From positions 1 to 64,000 of the IMG/VR virus record IMGVR_UViG_3300045256_000050: 64,000 nucleotides of DNA; one strand, written 5' to 3'. This document shows positions 17,422 to 26,241 of the stretch, piece by piece. The translations under genes were made by a program, and so were the position numbers. Positions within the stretch are counted from its first letter, which is position 1; every line of letters begins with the position of its first letter. Below the pieces are notes generated by a model, which saw nothing but the letters and a program-made list of their open reading frames with translations, had not been told where the DNA came from and did not search any database.

Positions 17422-17456
17422 CAACAGCCCGCACTCGGCGGGCTGTTGCATTTTTT
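17422..17456 (+). terminator. Rho-independent terminator closing the array
   Basis: CAACAGCCCGC-actcg-GCGGGCTGTTG followed by a T-tract. Confidence 0.8.
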
Positions 17457-17619
17457 GTTTCTAAACAATTTCGGGCCGATGTTACAAAAAAAGTACCCAG
17501 GGGCAGGCTGCCCTGCGGATACCGCACCACCCTTTCTTTATATGTCGAAGTCCAAAAATTCCGCCGCCCAGGATTTTACCCCCGGCCGCTTAGGACTCGT
17601 TATTAACCGTACTTAGGAC

Positions 17620-17934
17620 ATGGCTGAGACAGACAACAAGCGGACGGTTGCCGCAACCTTATTCAACTGGAAAGCTGCTGACTACCCCGATCAGGCCGAA
17701 CCCGGCCAGACGTGGCGGATTGCGGAGGGGCATTTGGGCTTCGCTTGCCCCGGCTGTGGCCGGTGGGGAGCGATCCGGGTGGGAAGTCCGAAGCCTGCCG
17801 AAAGCCCGTCCTGGGGCATCCTAGAAGGTTCTACGGACGATCCGACGACGTTATCCCTGACGCCCTCGATCAACTGCGTGGGGTGTTGTGGCTGGCACGG
17901 GTATTTGACGAAGGGTATTTACAGGTCTTGCTAA
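17620..17934 (+). CDS. DUF6527-like protein
   Basis: CPGCG ... LSLTPSI ... CGWHGYL motif pattern. Confidence 0.7.
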   Translation: MAETDNKRTVAATLFNWKAADYPDQAEPGQTWRIAEGHLGFACPGCGRWGAIRVGSPKPAESPSWGILEGSTDDPTTLSLTPSINCVGCCGWHGYLTKGIYRSC

Positions 17935-17944
17935 TAGATAAGAC

Positions 17945-19945
17945 ATGTCACTGAACCCCGTAGAAATCGAATTCCGCAAGCCGGGCAGCTTCGGCTACAA
18001 CCAAGCCCTCGCCCGTTTGCTCGGCGACTCCTTCCGCCCCAACCAGATTAGCAATTCGTTGCCACAAGTCTTGAACGGGGCGGGAGGCGGTGGAGGAGGC
18101 GGTGGAAACCCGTTCTTCAGTAACTTCGTGGCGACCTATGACTTGCCGAACGGGATCGCCCATCTGACGTGGGAGAATCCGACGACGCCCATCGACGGGT
18201 TGCGACTGGAGTGCAGCGACTCGACCGAGTACCAGACGACGGACTACTCGGACACGAGTCTGACTTCGCTCGACATCCCGATCAACCTAAACGTGTACGA
18301 CAGCAACTCGCTCACTTGGCACCTGTGCAGTCTGGTGGGCGGCGATCTCGGGACTTGCATTGACAGCGAGATGTTCTTCGCCCCGGCCCCAGAGTTCGTG
18401 AAGGCGGGGTACGACCCGGATTCGTTTGCTATTAACATCGGGTGGACGTACCCGATTGACACGTCGTATGTGAAGTATTGGGAAATCCGGGAGGACTCGC
18501 TGTTCTACAACCAGCAGGTGTTCTCGGGGACGTTCGCCTCCTTCTCGGCGGACCCGCAGTGGGTCGGGCAGACGCTCAACTTCTACGTCATTGCGTACAT
18601 GGCTTCGGGCCGCATCCTGTACAGTCAGCCGGGCTTCGCCAACCCTGTGACCCTGGGCAGCCTGAACCCGGTGGTGCTGGGGGTAGAGGCCCACTGGAAC
18701 CCGGACACGGGCAACGCCGACCTGTCGTGGCTGGACATGCGGAATTACGGCACGTTCGACGAGTACGAGTTGAGTTCCAACACCGACGGCCACTACGTCA
18801 ACCAGACGACGCCGAAAGACCAGACTTCGTTGAGCATCCCGCTGAACATCTCCGACTACACGAGCCAGATGATAATCTGGACGTTCAAGACGCTGACGAC
18901 GGGCAACGGGTTCAGCGGGGACGCCTTCGCCTACATGTACTGGACGCCGCAGATTCAAAACCTGACGGCCAACTTCGTCGAGGGGGACGGCACCTACATC
19001 CAGTTGAACTGGAGTTACCCGTACACCGACGTGTCGCTGATCGACCACCTGCACGTTACGGAAACGACGTTCGGGATCGAGTTCGACATCACGGACCTGA
19101 ACAGCACCGGGTACGCCCTGAACTTCGACGAGGCGTGGCGTAACAGCACGATGAACTTCCAAATCCAGTCCATCGGGACGACGCCGGGCTGGGTGAGCGA
19201 CTACGCCGTGGCGTCGGTCAGCATCCCGCCTGCTAATATCAACTACGGCAACAACCCCGGCATTATTAACAGCCTGACGCTGGAGGAGAACACCCCGGCT
19301 CAGTTGTCCTCCATCTCGCCGCACTCGGTCGTGATGGACGGGTTCAACCTGATTGCGATCACGTTCAACGACCAGGGGTTGTTCAACAAGCGGGGTTCGA
19401 TAGCGTTGTGGTTCAACGCCGCCACGATGGGCGACATCTTCGGGTACGGGTTGTTCAGCACGGCGTACAATGCGAGCGGCGGTATCAACCTGGGGCTGAC
19501 GAGCAGCGGCGACATCGTGTACGGACAGGCGGTGGGCGAGTTGATGGTGACTTACGACTACGACGGGTTGGACTTGTTGTCCAACTGGCACCACGTCGTC
19601 CTGACGTGGGATCAGTTCAACGTCGAGGGGACGAATTTCAACACCTACAACCTGTTCATCGACGGGGTGCAGGTGGTCAGCGACGGGCAGGTGATCGGCG
19701 AGGTTGAGCTTGAGAACAACTTCCCGGTGATCGGGGCGGCGAGCGGCGGGCTGAGCGTCTTCCAGGGGAACATCGATCAGGTCATCTACTCGATGAACAC
19801 GTTCTACGGGGCGCAGGTGACGGACATCTACAACGGGTCGTTCGTGCCGGGGAACGAGGAGCGGGTGGTGTACACGTTCGAGGGCGACCAGGACGGGGCG
19901 AATCAGATCATCGACCACTCCGTCAACTACAGTCCGCCGAGCTAA
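17945..19945 (+). CDS. Virion-associated protein with Ig/FN3-like repeats and a C-terminal LamG/ConA-like lectin domain
   Basis: 'WHHVVLTWD...LFIDGV...FQGNIDQV' LamG signature; acidic and beta-rich. Confidence 0.85.
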   Translation: MSLNPVEIEFRKPGSFGYNQALARLLGDSFRPNQISNSLPQVLNGAGGGGGGGGNPFFSNFVATYDLPNGIAHLTWENPTTPIDGLRLECSDSTEYQTTDYSDTSLTSLDIPINLNVYDSNSLTWHLCSLVGGDLGTCIDSEMFFAPAPEFVKAGYDPDSFAINIGWTYPIDTSYVKYWEIREDSLFYNQQVFSGTFASFSADPQWVGQTLNFYVIAYMASGRILYSQPGFANPVTLGSLNPVVLGVEAHWNPDTGNADLSWLDMRNYGTFDEYELSSNTDGHYVNQTTPKDQTSLSIPLNISDYTSQMIIWTFKTLTTGNGFSGDAFAYMYWTPQIQNLTANFVEGDGTYIQLNWSYPYTDVSLIDHLHVTETTFGIEFDITDLNSTGYALNFDEAWRNSTMNFQIQSIGTTPGWVSDYAVASVSIPPANINYGNNPGIINSLTLEENTPAQLSSISPHSVVMDGFNLIAITFNDQGLFNKRGSIALWFNAATMGDIFGYGLFSTAYNASGGINLGLTSSGDIVYGQAVGELMVTYDYDGLDLLSNWHHVVLTWDQFNVEGTNFNTYNLFIDGVQVVSDGQVIGEVELENNFPVIGAASGGLSVFQGNIDQVIYSMNTFYGAQVTDIYNGSFVPGNEERVVYTFEGDQDGANQIIDHSVNYSPPS

Positions 19946-19949
19946 AACA

Positions 19950-19979
19950 AAACAGCCCAGGATTTCTCCTGGGCTGTTT
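19950..19979. terminator. Bidirectional terminator hairpin
   Basis: AAACAGCCCAGG-atttct-CCTGGGCTGTTT between convergent genes. Confidence 0.7.
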
Positions 19980-20075
19980 GCGGGGGCAAGACGGTTTCCC
20001 GTCGCCGATCCACCACCCAATGAGACAGCATTGGGACTGCACACGCATCTTATTACGAACTCGGCCGGTGTCAAG

Positions 20076-20375
20076 TCACTTCGAGGCCGAGATGTTCATT
20101 TCTTTGGCCTTAAGCTCCGTAAGAAATTTGATGAGCCGGTCAACGTCGGCCGCACCTGCTTCCGTGCTAGAGTACCGGGTCATCTGGACGAGTTCCTGAA
20201 TGACGGCCCAGCCGAGGGACGAGAGCGGGCTGTCGGGGGAACCCAGGAAGGTGTTGGTCTTGATCGGGACTTCGAGGACGGTCCGGCCGTTGTGCTTCAC
20301 CCCCGTGGAGTAGAGGCGGATGAAGACCTTTACGTCTTCGGCTTGTTGCAAGGCGGGACTGGATTGCGTGGACAT
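20076..20375 (-). CDS. Hypothetical protein
   Basis: GGAG RBS; part of a minus-strand run. Confidence 0.7.
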   Translation of the reverse strand: MSTQSSPALQQAEDVKVFIRLYSTGVKHNGRTVLEVPIKTNTFLGSPDSPLSSLGWAVIQELVQMTRYSSTEAGAADVDRLIKFLTELKAKEMNISASK

Positions 20376-20548
20376 CCGTGTCTCCTGTTTGTGACGAAAA
20401 GCGTGTCGTGAATGGCGACGACGCAGTGGATTATCATACCGACAACCCAGAGGGCCATCAAGCCCATGAAGATGAAGAACAGCCCCGTCATGACGAGTGC
20501 GGCGGGCATCGCCATGAGCAGGGCGATGGAGAAGACGAACTCAGCCAT
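20330..20548 (-). CDS. Small membrane protein
   Basis: Hydrophobic, coupled to the upstream gene. Confidence 0.6.
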   Translation of the reverse strand: MAEFVFSIALLMAMPAALVMTGLFFIFMGLMALWVVGMIIHCVVAIHDTLFVTNRRHGCPRNPVPPCNKPKT

Positions 20549-21122
20549 CCTTCTTAACCCACTTCCCGTTCACCCAATTCCCCATCTCCCACCGGCCCTC
20601 GACCCGCCGCACCCGGAAGAGGCAGTATTTACGAGGAAGGAAGGCGGCGTACTTGGGGGTGCCGCTTCGGGGGTCGTTGAACTTGCGGATTTGGCAGCCG
20701 TCGAACACGGTGCTGGTGAAGAGGCTGGGCTTCCCGGCGGCGACCCACTCCTGGTGGACCGCTGTCGTGATCTCCCGCACCCGCTTGCCCCGGAAGACGG
20801 CGATCTCGTCTTCCTCGTCGTTCAGTAAAGAGATGAAGTCGGCCTTGCAGGTTTCCGGGTGGTCACGGCCCTTCTTCCATTCGGTGCCGTCCCGGTTCTC
20901 GTACAGGTCTTGCAGCAGGTCGCCCTTGCCGCTCTTTTGGTTCGGGTCACGGGCCTTCATTTGCCACGACGCCCGATCCCTCCAGCCGTCGATTCCCAGG
21001 AGGATGTCTTCCTCCTGGGAGGCTTTCTCAATGCCCAGGGCCGAGCGGACCACCCGCTCCCGCCGCTCGGCCCCGTCGGCGATGCGTTCTTCTATGTCTT
21101 TGTCGGCGGTGAATTCAGCCAT
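20541..21122 (-). CDS. Hypothetical protein, possible PD-(D/E)xK nuclease fold
   Basis: 'EDILLGIDGW...WQMKAR' pattern. Confidence 0.7.
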   Translation of the reverse strand: MAEFTADKDIEERIADGAERRERVVRSALGIEKASQEEDILLGIDGWRDRASWQMKARDPNQKSGKGDLLQDLYENRDGTEWKKGRDHPETCKADFISLLNDEEDEIAVFRGKRVREITTAVHQEWVAAGKPSLFTSTVFDGCQIRKFNDPRSGTPKYAAFLPRKYCLFRVRRVEGRWEMGNWVNGKWVKKDG

Positions 21123-21139
21123 CCGTGGCCGTCCTTCCT

Positions 21140-21802
21140 TCAGATTGGGTTGTGTGAGGCCGAGAACTCCGTGGAGGGCGGCGGAATGACGAGGGCGTTC
21201 AGCTTCTCTTCCGCCTCCCGCTTCCAGGCTTCGATCTGGGCGGGGTCTTTACTGATGGGCGAGCAGACTTTGGCGTAGGTGGAGTCTTCGTAGGTGGCGA
21301 AGGCGTGTGCCCCGGCGTTCTTCATCTTCCGTCGGATGATGAAGTCCACGCCCTGAAGCTCGTCGAGGGCGGATGTCGGCCGCTTGTAGCGGGTCCACCA
21401 CCGCTTGAGGCGAGCGAGGAAGTGCCACCACTTCGGCTCGGGGGGAGGGCAGGGGTGCGTGACCCACCCCTCAAGGATGGTCTGGTAGAGCCACTTGGAG
21501 GCGGCGAGGATGCGGACTCCCTGTTCCGGGTGTGCCCGGTCGATCATGGCGATGAAGTGCTTCTCGATGGGCCGGAGGGCACGGGCGAACTCGTTGTAGT
21601 CCCGCCGGGACTTCTCGGTGGCGGCGTTCTCGGCGTCCTTGTAGAAGACGTTCCGCAGGTCGCAGATGGGGCAGGGGATTTTGTTCTTGAAGGCGGTGCA
21701 GGAGTATTGTTTGTTTTTGAGGGTGTGGATGGAGTGGGAGACGGGCTGGACCGGGATGAAGCGGACGACGGCGGGACTGTTGTTGTCGATGGTGAAGATC
21801 AT
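21140..21802 (-). CDS. T4 gp32-like ssDNA-binding protein (Zn-binding)
   Basis: 'VRFIP...H...YSC...CPICD...GVDFII' pattern of gp32-like proteins. Confidence 0.7.
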   Translation of the reverse strand: MIFTIDNNSPAVVRFIPVQPVSHSIHTLKNKQYSCTAFKNKIPCPICDLRNVFYKDAENAATEKSRRDYNEFARALRPIEKHFIAMIDRAHPEQGVRILAASKWLYQTILEGWVTHPCPPPEPKWWHFLARLKRWWTRYKRPTSALDELQGVDFIIRRKMKNAGAHAFATYEDSTYAKVCSPISKDPAQIEAWKREAEEKLNALVIPPPSTEFSASHNPI

Positions 21803-21914
21803 GTATGGAGTCCTTATTCGCCCCTGGGGCGATTGGGGTGATTCCGTTGTTACGTTAAGGGTCGGCTGCGGGCGGTTTTGTTAGTAGGTTATTGGTCTGG
21901 TGTCCCTCCATCAG

Positions 21915-22205
21915 TTAGAGGTTCATGAAAACCGGATCACGGAGTTCGACGGGGATTTCGACCTTGTGGAGAACGGTGAAGTCTTTGATGAACAACTTCC
22001 TCACGTCCATTTCCACAATCGAGTCCTTCTTTTGTGGCGGGGTGTTCTCCTGGTTCAAGCTCGTCTCGGTCGCCACGAACATGATGTGCGGGCGTTGGCT
22101 GCTGAAGCCGATGACGGCCTGGAAGTCGCCTTCGGGAGCTTTCCAGAGGACGTGCATGCCAGACTTGTGCATCGACTTCAGCCAGTCCACTTGTTCGTCT
22201 TGCAT
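21915..22205 (-). CDS. Hypothetical protein
   Basis: GGAG RBS. Confidence 0.7.
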   Translation of the reverse strand: MQDEQVDWLKSMHKSGMHVLWKAPEGDFQAVIGFSSQRPHIMFVATETSLNQENTPPQKKDSIVEMDVRKLFIKDFTVLHKVEIPVELRDPVFMNL

Positions 22206-22250
22206 TAGTGCAACTCTCCGTGTCAGCCCCGTGTCTTTCTCGTGTGCGTC

Positions 22251-22514
22251 TTACACTTGAGCGATGACGGGGGTGTGAGGAGTAACATACCTCGTGTATG
22301 TCTTGCCGTCAACCGTCCGCCGCAGCCGGACCCGCTTGCGGTCCTTCGTGGTGTCCATGTGGGCCTCGCTCCACACGATCTTGCTGTTTGGGAGCGAAAA
22401 GGCGGTGGTCTTGGTGTGGCCCAGGGCGACCTTAACCGCCGTTGAGTTCACGGATGAAGTTGCTGATGGAGTCGTCGGGGTCGTAATCGTCGGCATCGTC
22501 ACGAACATGTCCAT
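22251..22514 (-). CDS. Hypothetical protein (start uncertain)
   Basis: Fills the gap in the minus-strand run. Confidence 0.5.
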   Translation of the reverse strand: MDMFVTMPTITTPTTPSATSSVNSTAVKVALGHTKTTAFSLPNSKIVWSEAHMDTTKDRKRVRLRRTVDGKTYTRYVTPHTPVIAQV

Positions 22515-22773
22515 CGGGAGTCTCCTTTCGCATTTCGCACATGATCCGGTAGAACTCGTCCCACGCCTTGTCCTGCCGGTGTTCAGACGAGGCGTTGTTA
22601 CAGAAGCCGTTCTTGTCGAAGCTGGCGATGACGTAGCCCTCGCCGCCGGGGAACTTCTTGTAGTCTTCCTCCCGGACCAGGATCAGGGCTTCCGCCCCGT
22701 GGAAGAAGTTGGCGAGCCGGTCGCCGAGGCCGATGTGCTGGATTTCCAGGTCGGCGTTGTACTTGTACTTCAT
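22432..22773 (-). CDS. Hypothetical protein
   Basis: Start MKYKYNAD at 22773, ATGA overlap. Confidence 0.7.
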   Translation of the reverse strand: MKYKYNADLEIQHIGLGDRLANFFHGAEALILVREEDYKKFPGGEGYVIASFDKNGFCNNASSEHRQDKAWDEFYRIMCEMRKETPDGHVRDDADDYDPDDSISNFIRELNGG

Positions 22774-23102
22774 GGCTTCCCTACGGCGTAAGCCCTCCAG
22801 GGGAACGACCAGCCAATCTCGCCGTGCCACCAGAGGATGTGGTAGTAGAACCGCCCCGGCCGCTTCTTGATGCAGAGGCCGGTGGACTCCCGGCTGACCG
22901 TGACCCGGAGCGAGTGTCCGTAATAGTAGAACCACGTTCCCGGATTGAATAGGGTGGACATCGTGGCCTTCATCAATCCCCAGAACCAGTTGACTTGGAC
23001 GTGTTCGCCGCCACGGTAGACCGTCTTGGTACGGAGGCCGCTGAGCAGCACGGTGCGAACGCTGTCGTCGCAGGGGGTCTTCTTGTAGAGCCAGCGGAAC
23101 AT
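22770..23102 (-). CDS. Hypothetical protein
   Basis: Start MFRWLY at 23102, coupled to neighbours. Confidence 0.65.
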   Translation of the reverse strand: MFRWLYKKTPCDDSVRTVLLSGLRTKTVYRGGEHVQVNWFWGLMKATMSTLFNPGTWFYYYGHSLRVTVSRESTGLCIKKRPGRFYYHILWWHGEIGWSFPWRAYAVGKP

Positions 23103-23103
23103 T

Positions 23104-23346
23104 TCAGAACTCCATCGCCGGGCCGCACAGGGAGCGGCGGTTCGTGTCCGGGTGAATGACTTCGATCCACTCCTGCCGCTCAACGCTCTTGTCGAGCAAG
23201 CGGTTCGGCAGCTTCGCCCCTTCGGCCCGGCCGAACTCTTCTGCCTCGTCTTGGGTCGGGAAGTGAGCGACGTAGATGTCCGGCCCGTGGTTCCAGGTCT
23301 TGATGACGATGTAGAAGCCTTGCTTTCGTAAAGCCTGGATGTCCAC
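23104..23346 (-). CDS. Hypothetical protein
   Basis: GAGGA RBS, GTG start. Confidence 0.7.
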   Translation of the reverse strand: MDIQALRKQGFYIVIKTWNHGPDIYVAHFPTQDEAEEFGRAEGAKLPNRLLDKSVERQEWIEVIHPDTNRRSLCGPAMEF

Positions 23347-23365
23347 CGATTGTCCTCGCTATTAG

Positions 23366-23379
23366 TCTACATACTGGTA
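23366..23379 (+). promoter_or_regulatory. Candidate phage late promoter TCTACATACTGGTA
   Basis: Identical 14-mer at 35184-35197; TANATA core recurs just upstream of many structural-type genes. Confidence 0.5.
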
Positions 23380-24428
23380 TGACTCTGCCATGCCAATTTT
23401 TCCGCTGCAAAAAGAGCGGCTACATCTATTGCGTCGAGGGCAAGATACGCACGGCACCCTCGGACCGCCGTGCGTATCTTGCCGCCGTAACGGTCTGCCA
23501 ACTGTTCACGCCAAGTCCGGTTCGTGGCGTTGGCGGCTCGTATCGTACTGGCCGAGGCGGTGCGGTCCTTGCGGGGTCGGCTAATGTCTCCATTGTACCA
23601 GGAGATGCGGGGGATGTAATCTCGGAAGTGGCACTCGGCGGTGGGGAGGTTTCAGGACAGGCGTTAAGAACTGTTAACTACCGCCTCACTCCGACGGGTG
23701 GTGAGTTGGCGGCTGGGCAGGCGTTAAGAACTGTTAACTATCGAATCACTCCGACGGGCGGCGGGTTGGTGGCGGGTCAGGCTCCGAACTCCGTGGATTC
23801 GGCAAGTTCGGCTCCGGCGTTGACTGGCTTCAGTGTATCTCAGTTGCCGCAGGACGGTAGCGGGTTCGAGTACACCTGGGACGTGGTGCCCGGCTGGTAC
23901 ATGCACTTCCAGCCGAAACTCAACGGCGTGGACTTCTTTGATGAGTATGCGATTTGGGACGACACGACGGTGCCGCCCGTCTCTGACAGTTGGGGAGAGG
24001 AAATCTCGCCTGGGAACTTTGGCCCTGGGGACTTCGTGTATGGAAATACCTATTACTTCCGTGCCCGCAACCAGGACACGTCTTACAGTCCGCCGTCGCC
24101 GACTCAGTTCAGCCCGTGGGTGGACTACAGCTTTGTTTGCAACACCGTCCCGGACTTCGTTCGTGGCTTCGGTGTGACGAACCAGACTACCCAGCAGATA
24201 TTCCGGTTGGACTGGACGACGGCTCAACCGAACCTGACGATCAACATCTACCTGGAAGTTAACGGGGGTGGGTTCAATCAAATCCTTTCGGTGCCCGGCA
24301 CCAAGCCGATTGACTATGATGCCGGTGCGCCTTTCTTGGTCGGCACGACGTTGCGGTTCGAGGCCGAGTTCACTGACGGCGTAACAACCAGCAGCTTCCG
24401 TAACGGCCAGACCATCACCGTTACTTAA
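23379..24428 (+). CDS. Putative virion protein with 20-aa internal repeats and FN3-like domains
   Basis: GQALRTVNYRxTPTGG repeated; 'YYFRARN' FN3-like motif. Confidence 0.75.
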   Translation: MTLPCQFFRCKKSGYIYCVEGKIRTAPSDRRAYLAAVTVCQLFTPSPVRGVGGSYRTGRGGAVLAGSANVSIVPGDAGDVISEVALGGGEVSGQALRTVNYRLTPTGGELAAGQALRTVNYRITPTGGGLVAGQAPNSVDSASSAPALTGFSVSQLPQDGSGFEYTWDVVPGWYMHFQPKLNGVDFFDEYAIWDDTTVPPVSDSWGEEISPGNFGPGDFVYGNTYYFRARNQDTSYSPPSPTQFSPWVDYSFVCNTVPDFVRGFGVTNQTTQQIFRLDWTTAQPNLTINIYLEVNGGGFNQILSVPGTKPIDYDAGAPFLVGTTLRFEAEFTDGVTTSSFRNGQTITVT

Positions 24429-24651
24429 CCCTGAGTCCTGACCGTTCGGGCTTGCTCAACCAGCCCATGCCGTCGAGTAGGCAGGCGGTGTGCCGGATGC
24501 TCTCGGCCACCTTCGTGTCGTGTTGGGCGTCGAGGACGAGGTTGCAGAGGATGTTGGCGAGTTCGCCTTTGCGTGCCGCTTCCTCCAGCTTGATGCCGAA
24601 CAGAAGCTCGATCTCGTTCATGGTTTGCAGGATGCGGGGAGTGTACGACAT
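24421..24651 (-). CDS. Hypothetical protein
   Basis: GGAG RBS. Confidence 0.7.
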   Translation of the reverse strand: MSYTPRILQTMNEIELLFGIKLEEAARKGELANILCNLVLDAQHDTKVAESIRHTACLLDGMGWLSKPERSGLRVK

Positions 24652-24860
24652 AGCATCTCCAGGTGAAGGTACTCACGATGACCAACGCACTGCTTCTCAG
24701 GATCGGGCTGCTCCCACTGCATCCCGACCTGCCCGCCAGGGATTGAGTGACACCCGATGGGGATGTCCTTGCTTCCGCCGCCGTTCTCGATTGTCTCTAC
24801 CCATTCGCCGCTGCCGTCGTACAACGGGGACTCTCGGTTGAAGGGGCAGGTCTTACACAT
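24618..24860 (-). CDS. Cys-rich protein (DUF6283-like)
   Basis: CKTCPF...CHS...CVG motif. Confidence 0.55.
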   Translation of the reverse strand: MCKTCPFNRESPLYDGSGEWVETIENGGGSKDIPIGCHSIPGGQVGMQWEQPDPEKQCVGHREYLHLEMLCRTLPASCKP

Positions 24861-25489
24861 GGCTCGTTCAGACACAGCACTTGCTCCGGGTTGGGGAACT
24901 CGGACTCCAGTTGCTCGGTGTACCGCTGGTAGCCGTCCGCAGTCGGGTCGTACTTCCGCTGCACCTGGACGTGTAGGTGTGGGAACCAGTTGCCGTTGTG
25001 CGGGTAGCTGCCGACTTCGCCGAGCATGTGCCCCTTCTCGTAGCTGCGACCGACGAAGCCGTAGGCGTTCCACAGGTGGGCGAAGGTGACGAACAGGGTG
25101 CCCGTCTCGAAGGTGCCCATCTGGAAGATCATGCGGGTGCCCCAGCCGCCGGTGCGGTCCGGGTCTTCTTCCATTAAGATGAGGCGTCCCGGACCGGGTA
25201 GGTAGACGGGCGTGTCGGGCGGGACGTTGTAGTCCACGCCGACGTGGATCGTGTGGCCGGGCTTTTGGTAGTGACCCCGCCAGAGCCACATCCGGTCTTC
25301 CATCCAGCCGCCGTAGGAGAAGTCGATCCCGTCACGGGCGTGGAGTCCCTTGACCCAGGTTTCACAGGTCTTGGGATCGAGGAGTGGGTTGGTGAACAGG
25401 TTGGTGTTCTGCTGCGACTCTTCGTCGAGGTTCAGGTGCTTCCACTTGCGGTCTTTGTACTGAGGGAACAGTAGGTGGTGCAGCATCAT
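24797..25489 (-). CDS. M23-family metallopeptidase
   Basis: HVGVD and PHLH zinc-binding motifs. Confidence 0.85.
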   Translation of the reverse strand: MMLHHLLFPQYKDRKWKHLNLDEESQQNTNLFTNPLLDPKTCETWVKGLHARDGIDFSYGGWMEDRMWLWRGHYQKPGHTIHVGVDYNVPPDTPVYLPGPGRLILMEEDPDRTGGWGTRMIFQMGTFETGTLFVTFAHLWNAYGFVGRSYEKGHMLGEVGSYPHNGNWFPHLHVQVQRKYDPTADGYQRYTEQLESEFPNPEQVLCLNEPCVRPAPSTESPRCTTAAANG

Positions 25490-25520
25490 TACCTCGTGTC
25501 AAGTTACGTCAAGTTACATT

Positions 25521-25694
25521 TTACCCGCTGACTCGTCGGCCGTAATTTGAGGCACCGACTCGGAGTAGGATTTCCCGGTAGACCTTCGTCCAGTCGGGGC
25601 GGGTGTTCTCTTTGAGGAAGGCGTCGAGGCCAAAGCCGTACTGTTTACAGAGGGCCACGCAGTCTTGGCGGGTCTTGGGTTGGGTCTTGCTCAT
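25521..25694 (-). CDS. Small hypothetical protein (57 aa)
   Basis: Open frame MSKTQPKTRQDC..., TATATA upstream. Confidence 0.5.
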   Translation of the reverse strand: MSKTQPKTRQDCVALCKQYGFGLDAFLKENTRPDWTKVYREILLRVGASNYGRRVSG

Positions 25695-25698
25695 GCCC

Positions 25699-25866
25699 TT
25701 ATATATCGGGCACGTCGGGGTTGTCTAATGTGGGCAACGGCCCCTTACCGCTGAGTAAGCGGTAGAGGCCGTAGAAGTAGTATACCGCCTGGAAGCCGAT
25801 TGTAACGAGGAGCGGCAGCAGATTGCCGTCGAGGGAGGCGAGCCAAGCGGACCAGGGGAACGGCAT
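25699..25866 (-). CDS. Small membrane protein (55 aa)
   Basis: TGATG coupling with the upstream gene; hydrophobic. Confidence 0.5.
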   Translation of the reverse strand: MPFPWSAWLASLDGNLLPLLVTIGFQAVYYFYGLYRLLSGKGPLPTLDNPDVPDI

Positions 25867-26054
25867 CACTGGCCCCAGAGCTTCGTGTCTTGGTGGACAA
25901 AGCCGTCGGTCACGATGACGCTGAGGTTCACGTCATCGTCCTTCGTCGTGTCCACCACGTTCAGGCCGAACGAGCGGAGGACGGCGTTGAACTTGTCGAT
26001 GATGGCGAGGGCGTCATCGTCGTAGTTGATAATAATCTTGTGTGCTTGAGCCAC
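25866..26054 (-). CDS. Hypothetical protein
   Basis: GAGGA RBS, GTG start. Confidence 0.65.
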   Translation of the reverse strand: MAQAHKIIINYDDDALAIIDKFNAVLRSFGLNVVDTTKDDDVNLSVIVTDGFVHQDTKLWGQ

Positions 26055-26241
26055 TGTAGTTCCTCATGCGTAGCGGCTCGGTCTGGTTGGCACCGAGCCA
26101 GGACTTTGCGACAATGATGAACGTCCACACGAACATCACGATGCAGAGGATCGGCCAGACGAGCAGCCAGTCGTTGAAGTCCATGTTCGCTCTCCTGAAA
26201 GGGCGAAACTTGTTCTACCACCGGCTGCCGTCTGGGGCAAG

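Larger units (their letters stand above)
303..17422 (+). repeat. Dispersed 23-bp cassette-boundary repeat TGACAC-CGRCTG-N5-GYGTRA, about 47 copies, all on the + strand
   Basis: Copies start at 303, 485, 889, 1257, 1730, 2020, 2389, 2484, 3088, 3834, 4293, 4638, 4877, 5692, 6109, 6742, 6970, 7323, 7710, 8138, 8549, 8791, 9308, 9728, 10101, 10414, 10768, 11024, 11330, 11706, 12039, 12317, 12555, 13119, 13444, 13756, 14037, 14290, 14603, 14918, 15159, 15450, 15940, 16340, 16617, 16868, 17400 (the last is degenerate). Confidence 0.95.

Noticed and set aside
303-17422. CRISPR array interpretation of the repeat
   Set aside because: Spacers are about 70-800 bp and protein-coding, the repeats are degenerate, and no cas genes are present.
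303-17422. Classical integron attC sites
   Set aside because: GCGTAAC resembles RYYYAAC, but there is no matching GTTRRRY end, no long attC hairpin and no intI gene in the window.
303-17422. Host sigma70, sigma54 or ECF promoter reading of the repeat
   Set aside because: TGACA resembles a -35 box but no TAnnnT lies 16-18 nt downstream; the TGACAC-to-CGTA spacing of 12 nt is short for ECF promoters; the GG/GC of sigma54 is absent. A phage-specific promoter remains possible.
18287-20074. 595-aa minus-strand ORF, and similar long antisense ORFs at 26251, 52815 and 60142
   Set aside because: Each is antisense to a clearly recognisable gene, with V/R/L-biased composition.
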